64,000 nt of DNA, taken from the NCBI GenBank assembly GCA_010093705.1, contig MU006119.1, positions 73,002 through 137,001 on the forward strand. Direction: 5' to 3'. The stretch is from Patellaria atrata CBS 101060 (Eukaryota). Below are positions 37,269 to 52,489 of this stretch, one piece after another; position 1 is the first letter of the stretch; each line of letters opens with the position of its first letter. The notes under the pieces were generated by a model that was not told where the DNA came from, ran no database searches, and saw nothing but the letters and a program-made list of their open reading frames with translations. Both the position numbers and the translations under genes were made by a program.

Positions 37269-39147
37269 ACGTGGTTTATAAGCGAGCGGCGTATATAAGC
37301 GAGCGGCGTATATAAGCGAGCGGCGCACTTTTCCACGCATTATAACTTTTTCTTCTATAATAACGCATTTCTCCATAACCAACAATACCTACGCAGTTAA
37401 ACGAAAGTCAAATTGTCCTTGCCATCCAAGCTCTCCAACGCAATAAAAAACTCAGCCGTCGGAAAGCCGCAACGATCTACAACGTCTCCGAAACTACCCT
37501 CCGCGCGAGAACAAACGGCCGAACTCCCAAGCGCGACTGTCGCCCTAATTCTCAAAAGTTGACAGAAACCGAAGAAGAGGTGGTCGTCCAATATATTCTG
37601 GACCTAGATGCGCGAGGCTTTCCGTCCCGGCTGGCTAATGTGGAAGAGATGGCCAATCTGCTCCTCGCGGAGCGCGTCGCGGGACGCGTCGGGAAGCATT
37701 AGGCGGAGAACTTCGTCAAGCGACGACTAGAGCTGAAAACGCGTTTTTCTCGTGCCTACGACTTCCAGAGAGCCCTTTGCGAAGATCCGGACGCGATAAA
37801 CGCGTGGTTCCGTCTGGTAGCCAACATGCGCGCGAAATACGCGATCCAAGATGCCGATCTTTACAACTTCGACGAAATAGGCTTCATGATGGGCGTCATC
37901 TGCGGCGGCATGGTTGTCACGCGTGCCGACAGGCGTGGTAGAGGCAAACAACTTCAGCCTGGCAATCGCGAATGGGCCACGGCAATCGAGTGTGTAAGCA
38001 GCGACGGTTTGTGCTACCTCCTTTCTTGATTGTGCAAGGCGTCAACCACCTCGCATCCTGGTACACCGAATGCGGTCTCCCGCTTTCCTGGGTTATCAAG
38101 ACCTCGCCAAACGGCTGGACGGATAAAGAGACGGCTATGGACTGGATTCAGCATTTCCACTAGTATATAGATGCCCGGCGGAAAGATATCTATCGGATAA
38201 TTGTTCTTGACGGTCATGCAAGCCATCTATCGGCTTAGTTCGAGGAATTCTATAAAGAAAAGAATATTATCACCGTTTATCTACTTATATATTCTTCGCA
38301 CCTCATTTAACCTTTAAATGTTAGATATTTCAACGTGCTAAAGCGGATATATAGCTAGAAACTCGAAACCTTTATTAAAGTCTATATTAACTATATTATT
38401 AAAATTAAGTTCTTTATCGCGTTTAAAGACACTTATATTAATATTATAATAATTAAAAATATTTAAATAAGCTTTTTTAATATTAGTTTAATTTTTTATA
38501 ATCTTTAAACTATTATTTTAAAGTTTAATATAAAACTATAAATATTAATATTAATTAAATCTTTTTTCTTTATTATTAATTTATAAGTCTTTTAAATATT
38601 AAATAATTTTAAAGAAACTATTTTATAATTTAAATATATTAAGAATTAAATAATTTAATATTAAGAAAATTCTTTAAATACTATTTTTTTAACTTTTAAA
38701 TAATTAATAAAGAATATAAAATTTATTATTTATAAAATAATATTTATATATAATAATATTTAAATATTTTAAAAGATTAATAAAATATTTATAAAATAAT
38801 AATAAACTAAAAATATATATATATAAATAAAAGAAATATTTAATATATAAAATATATAAAAATTAATTATTTAAAAAAAAAATTATTAAATAATAATTAA
38901 ATAAAAAGTTAAAAAAAAAGAATTTAATAAAAAAAGAATTATTATATTTATAATATTATAAAAGATATAAAAAGATTAAATATAATATATAAATTTATTA
39001 AAAGAATAAAGAAATATTTAAAGAAAAAAGTTTAATTAAATATAATTAATTTTTTTAAATTATAATTATATAATTAAATTTAAAAATTATAATAAAATAG
39101 AAAAATATATTATTTATTTATATATATCGCTCGTTTATAGACTATAT
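37269..39147 (+). mobile_element. Fot1/pogo-type Tc1-mariner DNA transposon, full length, inactivated
   Basis: TA|ACGT left end with three 17-bp TATAAGCGAGCGGCGTA repeats; degenerate right TIR ending ~39147 followed by TA; transposase start mutated to ATA at 37385; HTH motifs, YNFDEIGF, NGWTD, IVLDGHASH; internal TAG stops. Confidence 0.93.
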
Positions 39148-39579
39148 TATTTTATTTAAAAAATATTAATTTTATTATTATTAAATAAAAAATTTATATT
39201 ATTTATATTTATATAAAATTTAAAGAAAAAAATTTTTTTTAATTTTTTTTATATATTTAAATATTATATTTAATTTTTTTTAGAATTTTTATAATATTAT
39301 AAAATTAATTAAATTATTTTATAATTATTATTATTTTAAATTTTTTTTAATTATTAAAAAATTATATATATTTTAATAATAATTTATATTAATATTTTAT
39401 TTTATTTTATTATATTTTATTATATTATAATATTATATTAAATTTATTTTTTTTATAAAATTATTATTTAATTATTTTATATAATTATTTTTTAAATTTT
39501 AAAAATATTTTAATATAATATTAATTTAATATTTTTAATAAATTAAAAAAAATTAATTTAAATAAATATAATTTAAAAA

Positions 39580-42449
39580 TATATATATATATATATATAA
39601 ATAATATATTTTTTTATATATTATAATTTTTTTTTTATAATAATATATTTTTTTATAATTAATAATATTTATATAATTAAATAAAAAATAAATTATTTTT
39701 ATTATTTAAATTTTTAAATATAATAAAAATTTTAATTATTAAAAAATTATAATAATTTATAATATTTTTAAAACTATTTTTTATATAAAAATTAATAGTT
39801 AAACTTTTAAATATAATTATTATTTTAATTTTAAAAAATTAATAAAAAAAATAATTATTTAATATATTTTAAATTTAAATATATAAAAATTTTCTTTTTA
39901 ATTAATTAATATAAAAGAGAAAATTAATTTACTTTCTATAAAATATATTAGAAAATATATTAAAAAATATTAAATAAAAAATTTTATTAAATAATAATTA
40001 AAATTAAAATATATTTTTTTTATATTTATAATTTTTAAAGAATTTTTTATAAAAATTTAAAAATAATAAATATATAATTTTATTTAATAATTAATATATA
40101 TATAAAATATTAATTATTTTATATTTTAATATATTAATTATAGTTTTTTATTTTATTAAATTATTAAAATTTTATTAAATAAATAAATAAATAAAAAAAG
40201 AATTATAAATTAAATATAATATTTTTTATTAATATATAAATATTAAATAAAAAGATATTTATTAAATAATTATTTTTAATAATTATATAAATTTTTTATT
40301 AATATATTTTATTATTTAAATAATTATTTTATTAATATTAATATATATTTTTATATAAAAATAAAAATAATAATATAATAAAAATTTATTATTTTTTAAA
40401 AAAATAATAAATTATTTTTTATTTTATAAACTTTTTAATTTAATTTAATTTTAAATATATAATAAATTATAAAAGTTTATAATATTTTTAAATTAATAAT
40501 TTAAAAGTGACTTTAAAAAATAATATAAAATAAATTAATAAAAATAAAAAATCTTTTTATATAAAAAAAAGATTTTTATAAATTAAATATTTAATTTAAA
40601 TTAATAAAACTTTTTATTTTAAATTATAAATTTATAAAAAATAGTAAAAACTTTATTTATTAAATATAATTAAAATTTATTATTAATATTTATTAATAAA
40701 AACTAAATTTTATATTTTATTATATAATAATTTAAATTAAAAATATAATAAAATTAAAAGTTTTAATTATAATATATTAAATATAAGAATTTTTATATAA
40801 TAAATATATAATTTTAATAAAATAAAATTTTAAATAAATATTATTATAATTATAAAAATAATTTTAAATTTAAATAATATTAAATAAATAAATATTATAA
40901 AATTATAAAATTATAAATAAATTATAATTATTAAAAAAATTAATTTATTAAATTATATTATTAAATTATATATTATTTTAATAGAAAAAATTTATTAAAT
41001 TAATTAATATATAAATTTATTAATTAATTAAATAATTTTCTTAAATATAAATAATTAAATAAATAAAATATTTTAATATTTATATTAAAAACTTTATATA
41101 ATAAATATATAATAAAAATTAAAGAAATAAAATTATAAATATTATATTTTATATAAAAATAGTTTTTAAATTTAATAAAAATAATTTCTTTTTAATAAAA
41201 TAAAAATAGAAAATATAAAATTAATAAAATTAATAAAATTATTATATAATAATAAATATTATTAATATATAATAAATATTATTAATATATAATAAATATT
41301 ATTAATAAATAATAAATATTATTAATATATAATAAATATTATTAATATATAATAAATATTATTAATATATAATAAATATTATTAATATATAATAAATATT
41401 ATTAATATATAATAAATATAAAATTTAAGATTATATTATTTATATATATTTAAATATAAAAAAAATTAATTAAATAAATTTTTAAATAAAATAATATTTA
41501 TTTTAATTAGATTTTTATATAAAATTATATATTAATATTAATAAAATAGTTATTTAAATAAAATAACTATTTAAATAATAAAATATATTAATTTAATTTA
41601 AAAAATTTTATAGAAAAAAAAATATTATTATTATTTATTTATTTTTATATTTTATTTAATCTTTAAATATTAAATATTTTAATATATTAAAATAAATATA
41701 TAATTAAGAATTTAAAATTTTTATTAATTATATTATTAAAATTAAATTTTTTATTATATTTAAAAATATTTATATTAATATTATAATATATAAAAATATT
41801 TTAATAAATTTTTTTAATAATAATTTAATATTTTATAATTTTTAAACTATTATTTTAAAATTTAATATAAAATTATAAATATTAATATTAACTAAATTTC
41901 TTCTCTTTATTATAAATTTATAAATTTTTTAAATATTAAATAATTTTAAAAAAGTTATTTTATAGTCTAAATATATTAAAAATTAGATAATTTAATATTA
42001 AAAAAATTATTTAAATATTATTTTCTTAATTATTAAATAATTAATAAAAAATATAAAATTTATTATAAATAAAATAATATTTTTATATAATAAAATTTAA
42101 ATATTTTAATAAATTAATAAAATATTTATAAAATAATAATAAATTAAAAATATATTTATATAAATAAAAAAAGTAGTTAATATATAAAAATTATTATTTA
42201 AAAAAAATTATTAAATAATAATTAAATAAAAAATTAAAGAAAAAAAATTTAATAAAAAAGAAATTATTATATTTTTAATATTATAAAAAGTATAAAAAGA
42301 TTAAATATAATATATAAATTTATTAGAAATATAAAGAAATATTTAAAAAAAAAAAAAAGTTTAATTAAATATAATTAATCTTTTTTAATTATAATAAAAT
42401 AGAAAAATATATTATTTATTTATATATATTATTTATTTATAAATTATAT
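39580..42449 (+). mobile_element. Second, fully RIP-degenerate copy of the same Fot1-like element, interrupted by a ~1.3 kb insertion (~40310-41585)
   Basis: 39600-40310 aligns by eye to 37320-38235 and 41585-42449 to 38220-39147, nearly all differences being C>T or G>A. Confidence 0.75.
41241..41420. repeat. 20-bp tandem repeat ATTAATATATAATAAATATT, 8 near-perfect units plus 1 degenerate
   Basis: Units at 41261, 41281 ... 41401. Confidence 0.92.
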
Positions 42450-42454
42450 TATAT

Positions 42455-43750
42455 TATATTTTTTTTATTAAATTTTTTTTCTTTAATTTTTTATTTAATT
42501 ATTATTTAATAATTTTTTTCTAAATAATTAATTTTATTTATATATATTTTTTTTTAATTTATTATAATTTTATAAATATTTTATTAATTTATTAAAATAT
42601 TTAAATTTTATTATATAAAAATATTATTTTATAAATAATAAATTTTATTATATAAAAATATTATTTTATAAATAATAAATTTTATATTTTTAATTAATTC
42701 TTTAATATTTAAAAAATTTATAAATTAAGAATAAAAGAAAATAATTTTATTAATATTAATATTTATAATTTTATATTAAAGTTTAAAATAATAGTTTAAA
42801 AATTATAAAAAAATTAAATTAATATTAAAAAAATTTATTTAAATATTTTTAATTTTTATAATATTAATATAAATATCTTTAAATATAATAAAAAATTAAA
42901 ATTAAATAATATAATTAATATAAATTTAATATAAAACTTTATATTTTTATTTATATTTTTTATTTATATATTTAATTTAATATATTAAAATATTTAATAT
43001 TTAAAGATTAAAAAAATATATAAATAAATAAATAAAAATAATATTTTTTAATTATAAAATTCTTTAAATTAAATTAATAAATTAAATTAAAATAATTTAT
43101 ATAATTTAAAAAATAAAATTATTTAATAAATATTCTTTTATTAAATATTTATATATAAATAAAAATATTAAATTTAATTTATATATAAATAAAAATATTA
43201 AATTTAATTTATAATTATCTTTTTATTTATTTAAATATTTAATAAAGTCTAAATTTTCGTAAAAGATTCTTTAAAAATTATAAATATAAGAAAAATATAT
43301 TTTTAACTTTAAATATTATTTAATAAAATTCTTTATTTAATATTTTTTAATATATTTTATAATATATTTTATAAAAAGTAAATTAATTATCTTTTTTATA
43401 TTAATTAATTAAAATAAAAATTTTTATATATTTTAATTTAAATTATATTAATAATTATCTCTTATTTAATTTCTATTAACTTTTAAAAATTAGAATAATA
43501 ATTATATTTAAAAGTTTAATTATTTATTTTTATATAAAAATAGTTTTAAAGATATTATAAATTATTATAATTTTTTAAATAATTAAATTTCTTATTATAT
43601 TTAAAAGTTTAAATAATAAGAATAATTTATCTTTTATTTAATTATATAAATATAATTAATTTTAAAGAAATATATTATTATAAAAGAAAAATATATTATA
43701 TAAAAAAATATATTATTTATTAATATATATTATTTATTTATAAATTATAT
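42455..43750 (-). mobile_element. Third degenerate, internally deleted Fot1-like copy in inverted orientation
   Basis: Reverse complement of copy 2 segments; left-TIR remnant ends ~43750 followed by TA. Confidence 0.7.
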
Positions 43751-44715
43751 TAAAAATATAATTATAATTTTTATAAATAATAAAAAATAAATTTAAATAT
43801 TTTATAATATTAATATTTTAAATAATTATAATTTATTTTTAATTATTTAATTTAATTATATTAAGTTTTAAAATTTTTTTTTAAAATTTTATAATAATTT
43901 TAATTAATTTAATTATATTTATTTAAAAGTTAATTTTATTAAAATTATAGAAAATATTATTATTATAATAATTATTATATTATAATTTTTTTACTTTTTT
44001 CTATTTAATAGATTTACTTATATTTAACTTATTTATATTAATATAATATTTTATTAATTCTATTAATTCTATTATTTAAATTTATAATTATTATTTTTAA
44101 TTTTTTTTTAATTTAATCTCTTTATTTAATAATAATAATATATAGTTAATAATAATAAATTAGCTTTTAATACTATAATTATTATATTAAATTAAGTTTA
44201 ATATAATTATAATCTTAAAAAAAATAATATAATATTTTAATTAAAATATAATATTAATTTAATTAATATTTTATTATAAATAATTAATTTAATATATTTT
44301 TATAAAATTATTAAAGTATTATAATTAGATAAAATTAAATTATTTAATTATTTAATTATTATTATAAATTATTAATATTTAATTAATAGATAAATCTTAA
44401 TATTAGTTTATTTAATAGATTTTATTTATAAAAATAATAAAAAGTAAAATTATTTATTTAAATATATTAAATAAATATAATTAATTAATAATTATTTAAT
44501 TATATAATTATTTACTAATTTATTATATTTAAATTTATAATAATTTATAATATATTTATAATCTTTATTATAAATTTAATTTTATTAAAATTATATATAT
44601 TTTTATTAAAAATATTATATAATAAATATATTATATAATAAATATATTATTTTAATATATTTAAATTATATATTAATTATCTCTAAATTAATGTATCTAA
44701 TATATTATAAATAGA

Positions 44716-45298
44716 TATTATAATAGAAGTCTATATTTATTAAGACGAAATTAGATAAATTTAAAAACACGTTTAACTTCTTACTTAATATAGTTAACTA
44801 TTAAGATAGATTTAGTAAAATAATAGAATATATATAATAAAGATATTTTAAGTTAATAATATAACTTATTAACTTCTTAATTTCGAGTAATACTTATAAT
44901 AAGATAAGACGTATTATATAGAAATAATATAATAAATAAAGTTAAGTTTAAAACTATAATATCTAAATTTATAGATAAAATTAATAGTAAAAATAACTAT
45001 AAAGAATCTAAATATATAAAAGAGAGATTATCTTTAAATATTTTTATTCTTTATAATTAATTTAGTTATTTATACTCTAATTATTTTAGTTATTAATTAT
45101 TTATAATAATTAACACGATTAATAATTACTATTTAATTATTTTAGTTATTAATTATTTATAATAACTAGCGCGATTAACGATTATTATTTAAATTATATA
45201 ATTCTTTATTACTTATTTTATTTATAGTTTTTTTAAGTAATATTTCTTTTTTTTCCTTATTTATTATCTATATATTCTTATAATTTATAGCTATAATA
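44716..45298 (-). repeat. 3' LTR of Gypsy element
   Basis: Colinear with 51491-52073, differing mainly by transitions; abuts the PPT. Confidence 0.9.
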
Positions 45299-48200
45299 CT
45301 ATTCTCCCTCTTTTTAACTTTTATTTTAAGAGTTTTTTTCTTTTACTTAAATATATAATAAATATATTATCTATTTATTAAATTATATATATCTCTTTTT
45401 TCTTTCTTTCGAGATATTAAAAGCTAAATCCCGTTTAATCTATTATTAATATTATATTATTTATATTATTTTATATAATTATCTTATATTAACTCTTTAT
45501 TCTATTTATTATTATTTTTCTTATTTTTATATTATCGATATCTCTTTTAGTTTCTATTTTAAGTATTTTATTTAGGATATAAAATATAATCTTATAATAA
45601 TATAAAAGGATTAAGATAAATTTAATACTTTAAAAATTAAGCTTTATTATAAGTTTATTAAAGCTTATTTTACTTATAATAAAATGTTTATTTAAAAGAA
45701 ACGTTTAATATAATAACTTTATTTCTTTAATTAAAAGAAGTTCGAAATATCTTATTATAAGCTTAATTTTATCGAGAAACTTAAGACTTTAAAGTAAATA
45801 GTTAAAAAGCGATAAACTTTCTTAATAACTCTTTCTTCTTCTACTATTATATTTTCTTTTAATTAGTTTAATTTAAATTTCTCTATCTTTAAAAGTCTAG
45901 AATTCTCTAATTTTAATAATAAAATTATTTAAGTTTTTAATTATAATTTATTAAGTATTTAAATAGTTTCTATATATTATTTATATATTTATAATCTTTC
46001 TATTTTATTAAGTATTTATATTAACTATTTATTTATTATAAATCTAAGATTTATTCTACTTTATAAATATTTTTTTCTTTAAGTTTTATAGATTATATTT
46101 AGAGTTTAACGTTAATATATACTAGTTTTAAAAGTAATATATAGAAAATTAAGTATATCTTTATTTCTTATAGTAATTCTAATTTATAATTAACTTTTCC
46201 TTTAATCTATTTAATTTTAAAAGAGTCGATTTTCTTATAATCTAGTTTCTTATTAAGTTATTTTATTTTAAGGTTTTTTTATAATAAGTAAATTTTATTC
46301 TCTCTTTTAAAGATTAATTTTAATAATCTATATTAATTATTATATTTTATAGTCTTTATCGTCTAGAAAGCTATATCTTATAATAATTATATATATAATT
46401 TTTTAATTTATTTAACTTTTAATATTACTTCTTATAAAATACTCTAAATTATTCTCGGTTTACGATATACTTCTAGTTTAAAACTATAGTTTATATAGAA
46501 GAATAAAATCTGTATAATATCGAATTTCGCGTTATTATATATAAATTATACTATTAGTAATAACTTTATCTAATTATTTTACTAGTAATTTATATAATTA
46601 TATAAGTATTACTTTAGAGATTAATTTATTCTCTTAGTTTAACTATCTATTTATAGATAAAAGCTCGTTAATAGCTTATAATTTATCTTTAAACTCTATA
46701 TTAGAGTTTATTAAAACGCTAATTTAAATAGTTTATCTCTATTTAAGATAATCTTTTTTAATATTTAATAATTCGTTAGTATTATTTTTATTATTAATAC
46801 TACTATTTATAGTACTATTATCGTCGTCTTTATTAATATAAAATAGATAAACTTTATTAATTATTTTATAATAATTAATATCGCGTTATACTTTATTTCT
46901 ATCGTTAAATCTTTAGATTCTAATAAACTTATAATAAAGTCTATTATTATTAAGTTCTATACTCGCTTTAATAGTTTAATATATTATATTTATCTATAAG
47001 ATATATATTTTATACTCTTATTTTATACGTAATTATTATACTTTAAGATAATTTATTTTACTTTATTTTTTATCTTTAAAAAATAGTAATTTCTTAAAAT
47101 CCTTTTTAAAGTTTTATTAATATCTTAATAACTATATATTAGTACTTCGTAGATCTCTTTAATAAGAGTCTTTTATAGTATTATTAATATATATATAAGT
47201 CTATTATATAGTTATATTTTTTAAGCTATTTTTATTACTTTAAAATTATTACTTTTTTAAAACTTCTCTATTATATTATCCTTTTAATAGATATCACGAA
47301 TTTATTATTCTCTTATAGATTCGATTATTAGTATTATAGCTAATCTTAATTAATTATAGATAATTATATTACTTTCTCTCTTTAATATTATATTATATAT
47401 CGGTTTTATTTTTTTTAAATAATTAAATCTTCTATTTATAATATTAATTAGTTTATTTTTAACTTTTAGTCTATAAAATATTTTAAAGTTAAAGAATATA
47501 AATATTTCTACTTATTTTATTTATCTTTAATTTAATTTCTTTATTATAAGGAAATTTATTAGGTTTTAATAATTTAACTAAACTTTTATAGTATATTTAA
47601 ATCTTTTAAGATATAACCTTTATTATTTAAATATATCGATAATTATTAATAACTCTTTATCGTATATATTATAGTTTAGCTCTATAGCCGTAAACTTTCG
47701 TGAATAAAAGATTATTAAATATAGTTATTCTTTTTTATCTAATTAACTTATATATATATTTAATATATAATTAGATATATTTATTTCTAATACTATTAAT
47801 TTCTCTAAATTAAATATAACTAGAATAAATATTATAATAAATTTCTTTTTAAGTTTATTAAATATTCTCTATACTTTCTTTATTTAATTAAAGGTATTTT
47901 CCTTCTTTATTAATTTTAATAGCGGCGTTATTATCTTTAAGTACTCTTAGATAAATTTTTTATAATAGTTTATAAAATCTAAAAACGATTATATATTTTT
48001 TACGTTCTTTAATATTAGCTAATCTTTAATTATAGCTATCTTTTTTAGGTCTATTTATATACTTTTAATAGTAATAATAAAGTCTAGAAATTTTATTTCT
48101 TTAATATAGAATTTATACTTATCTAAATATATTAAGAGTCTCTTTTTTTATAGTTTCTTTAATACTTTTTTTACGTGCTTTTTATACTCTTTAAATATTC

Positions 48201-51200
48201 TATTTATATATACTAGTATATTATCTAGATAAGTAGTTATAAATATATTTAAATATTCTCTTAATATATAGTTAATCACTACTTAAAATATTATTAAGGC
48301 GTTAATTAAGCTAAATAGTATTATTATATATTTATATAGTTTAAACTTTATTTTTATAACTATCTTCTATTTTTTATCTTCTTTTATTCTAATTCGATAA
48401 TAATTATCTTAAATATCGAATTTCGTAAACTATTTTACTCTTTATAACCTATCTTAGATTTTTAAGATTAAGGATAATAAATATCTATTTTTAACTATAA
48501 TATTATTTAACTATTTATAATTAATATATAATCTTAGCTTACTATTCTTCTTTAATATAAATAGAATTAGTGAAGCTATCGAGTTTTCGTTAAATTATAT
48601 ATATCCTTTTTCTAAGTTAATATAAATATATTCTTTAAGTACTTTATATTATTCTCTTATTAACGAGTAAATTAGGTTAAATTATAGTTTTATACTCTTT
48701 TTTAATATTATTTTATAATCTTATATCTAGTAATTTAAAAGTATAGTCGTTATATCTTCTTTAAATAAATCTTTAAACTCGTTATACTTTTTAGATATTT
48801 TAAATTCTTCGGAAATTTTCTCTATATTTACTTTCCTAAGTTATACTACTTTTATACTTTTAAATTTATTTCTATAAATCTTTATTATCTTATAATATAA
48901 AAAATATTTTATAAATATATTAACGTCTATTTATTTAATATATTTTATTTATTTAATTTTATTCTTTTATAAGATATTTTAGTTAATCTAAATACTTTTT
49001 ATCTTTTAATTAATATTTAAATTTATTATTTATAACTAATCTATTCTTAAAATTATATTTATATCTTTTAGATTAATTATAAAAATATATTAAATAGTTA
49101 CTTTCTTTTATATATTAACTTTTATTAATATAGTTTTAAAATTAATTAGACCTTATTTATATTCTATTTCTTCGTTATTTCCTAGTCGTAGCGAGATTAG
49201 ATTCTTAAATTTTATATAAAATATACTTTTCTTCTCTATCTATTAAAGTAAGATAAACGAATTAGTGGTATTATTATTAACTAATACTATCGTTCTTTTA
49301 CTATATATAGTAATATTTATTTAAAATATTCTATTATTATTTTATAAAGTTTTAAGAAACTTAAAAGTTATATTTTTTAATTATTTTTATCTTAAGTGAT
49401 TTAATAGTTTTTTATATAATTATACGCTAGATAATCGAGTTTTATATATTTAATCTAATATAGTCTATCGTGTTTATTATAATATAGGTCTTTATAATAT
49501 TCTTTATATTTAAGCTCTTAATACTCTCTTTTAATAATTATATTATAATTAAAGTTACTTTTAATTCCTATTCTTTATCTCTATATTATATAATAGTTAT
49601 ACTATATATCTCTTATTATATATTATCCGAAGTCTTATATATTATATTTAATAATATATTTAGATACTTTTTTATCGTTTTAAAGTACTTTTATCTTTTA
49701 TAAGAATACTTTTTCTTTATAAAACTCTTTTTTTAAATCTTTATAGTACTAATAATCTATACTATATTTATAATCTTCCTATATTACTACTATATATTCT
49801 ATATAAATTAATATTTAATAGTATCGTTTATATCTAAACTTATCTATATAATTAAAACTATTATATTTTCTATAATTATTTATTAATAATTTAAGTTTTT
49901 AGTTCTTTTTAAATTTTCTTATTTCGTTTTTATAGATTTTATATCCTTTTATCTAGTATTCACCTTTAGATAAATATATATAAATAAGATTTTAATCTTT
50001 AAACTTTATTATAATCTTCTATTATTTATAGTATAAGTAGTTACTCTCTTTATATTATATTTATTAAAAGGTTAGATAGTTTTTTACTCTTAATATAAGG
50101 TTTAATTATTATTTTTTAACGATTATATCGATATTAAATTTAGATTTAATTAGTTTCTAATCTCGAAATTCTCGTTTAAGTTATTATTATTATTCTATAA
50201 TTCGATATATAAGATTTAATTTATTAAATATTTATACTTTAATTCTCTAATTCTAATTTTATACTAGATATTCTAATATTATATATATATATATATTTTT
50301 ATACGCCTAATATTATTAATTATTTAAATATTATCGAAGTATCTTCTCCTTTAGCTAATTTCCTATTATTAGAAATAATATTAATAGTCTATTTATCTTT
50401 ATTTAATAAAGTAGTAACGTTTCTTTAATCTCTTCCTTTTTTAACGATAAAACTAGTAATAGTAATATTAAATATATAACTTTAAGTTATATATATTAGT
50501 TATATCGCGAGGATAGTTATATTTTCTATAGATAATCTTTCTTAAAATATTCTATTTCTCTATATTATAAATATACTTTATTTATAAAATATTCTTTTTC
50601 TTCTTAAATAAACTATTATTATTTCTTTAACTTCTTTTATTTTATTTATTATAATCGATTAAAGTTTATTAAATCTCTTTAATTTTATTTATTTATAGTC
50701 TTTATTATCTTCTTTTTATATTTAACTATAATATTCTTCTATTCTCTCTTTTTCTATCTATATTTATATAATCTATTATCTATTCTAACTATTAAGATTA
50801 TTATATTTTATATAATTATTAATCTTTTATAATAAATTTATTTATCTTTTATTTCTTTCTTTAAATTTTAATAAAAAGCGATTATTAATAATTTATTAAA
50901 CTATTTTAATATTAATATTATTTATTAGAATATAATTATATACTTTAAAGTTAATTCTTTTTATTTAAGTTCTTAAAGCTTTTTTTTAACTATTTATTAT
51001 TTATCGACTTTTTTAAAGATATTTTTAAACGTTTCTTTAAATTTTAGAAATAACTTAAAAATCTCTATTATTTTATCTTTTTAATATTCTTTATTATTCT
51101 TAAAATAGTTTTATATAATAGATTTAAATTGTTTTAAAGCGTTTTCTTTAAGATATATTAATATATCGAGTATATATTTATTATTATCTATTAATTTTAT

Positions 51201-51490
51201 TCTTTTATAATAAATTCTTATTTAGATTAAAAATTCTTTTAATTTATCTTATTTTCTATTATATAGTATAGATTTTTTAACTTTTATAGTTTACTATTAT
51301 AATAATAATAATTATATAATAAATTATTTAAGCTAGTCTTTAAATTCTTAGATTATTTCTTTATTTTTAAATTTATTAATATATTTATATAACGTTTAAA
51401 TATATTTTTTATTTATCTTTATATTAATTATAGCTAATAATATTATATTTAGGTCTTATTATATATTTCTCTATTATATAATAGTTATAA

Positions 51491-52073
51491 TATTATAACG
51501 GGAGTCTATATTTATCGAGATAGAACTAGATAAATCTAAAAACACGCCTAACTTTTCACTTAACGTAATTAACTATTAAGGTAGATTTAATAAAATAATA
51601 AAATATATATAATAAAGATATTTTAAGTTAATAATATAATTTATTAACTTTTTAGCTTCGGGTAATACTTATAATAAGATAAGATATATTATATAGAAAT
51701 AATATAATAAGTAAAGTTAAGTTTAAAACTATAATATTTAAATCTATAAATAAGATTAATAGTAAAAATAATTATAAAGAATTTAAATATATAAAGAAGA
51801 GATTATTTTTAAATATTTTTATTTTTTATAATTAATTTAATTATTTATACTTTAGTTATTTTAATTATTAATCGTTTATAACGACTAACGCGATTAATAA
51901 TTATTATCTAATTATTTTAATTATTAGTTATTTATAATAATTAACGCGACTAACGATTATTATTTAGATTATATAATTCTTTATTACTTATTTTATTTAT
52001 AGTTTTTTTAAATAATATTTCTTTCTTTCTTTTACTTATTATCTATATATTTTTATAACTTATAGTTATAATA
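51491..52073 (-). repeat. 5' LTR of Gypsy element
   Basis: Colinear with 44716-45298. Confidence 0.9.
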
Positions 52074-52489
52074 ATAGAATCGATAATTTTATTTTATTTA
52101 TAACTTTAATTAAATCTTAATAAATTAATTAATTTAGTATTTTTTAAATAATAAAAAAAAATTATCTAATTATATATAATTAATAAATAATTTATTATCT
52201 ATTATATATTAATTATTAATAATAGAAATCTATATTAATTAAGTTTTAATATTTATTATATTAAAGAATATTTCTTTAATTAATATAACTTTTATTTTTA
52301 AATATTAATTATAATTTAAAGAAAAATATTATAAATATCTTAATATAATATAATTTAAAAAATATTATTTATTATTATAATTTTTTTATAATTTAAAATT
52401 TACTTATTTTAAATTAATTATTTTAATAAAATTAATTTACTTTTCTTTTAAAATTATTAAATATAATATTATAATAGTATTATAAATTT

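Larger units (their letters stand above)
44716..52073 (-). mobile_element. Full-length Ty3/Gypsy-type LTR retrotransposon, RIP-inactivated
   Basis: Two 583-bp LTRs; ATAGA target-site duplication at 44711-44715 and 52074-52078; polypurine tract on minus strand at ~45299-45316; RT motif YLD(N)ILVY at ~48208-48231. Confidence 0.92.

Noticed and set aside
37277..37326. 17-bp direct repeats as an independent array
   Set aside because: They are part of the Fot1-like terminal inverted repeat and are mirrored at the right end
39200..44700. Mitochondrial insertion or contaminant AT-rich DNA
   Set aside because: No mitochondrial genes or tRNAs; most of it decodes as RIP-mutated transposon copies
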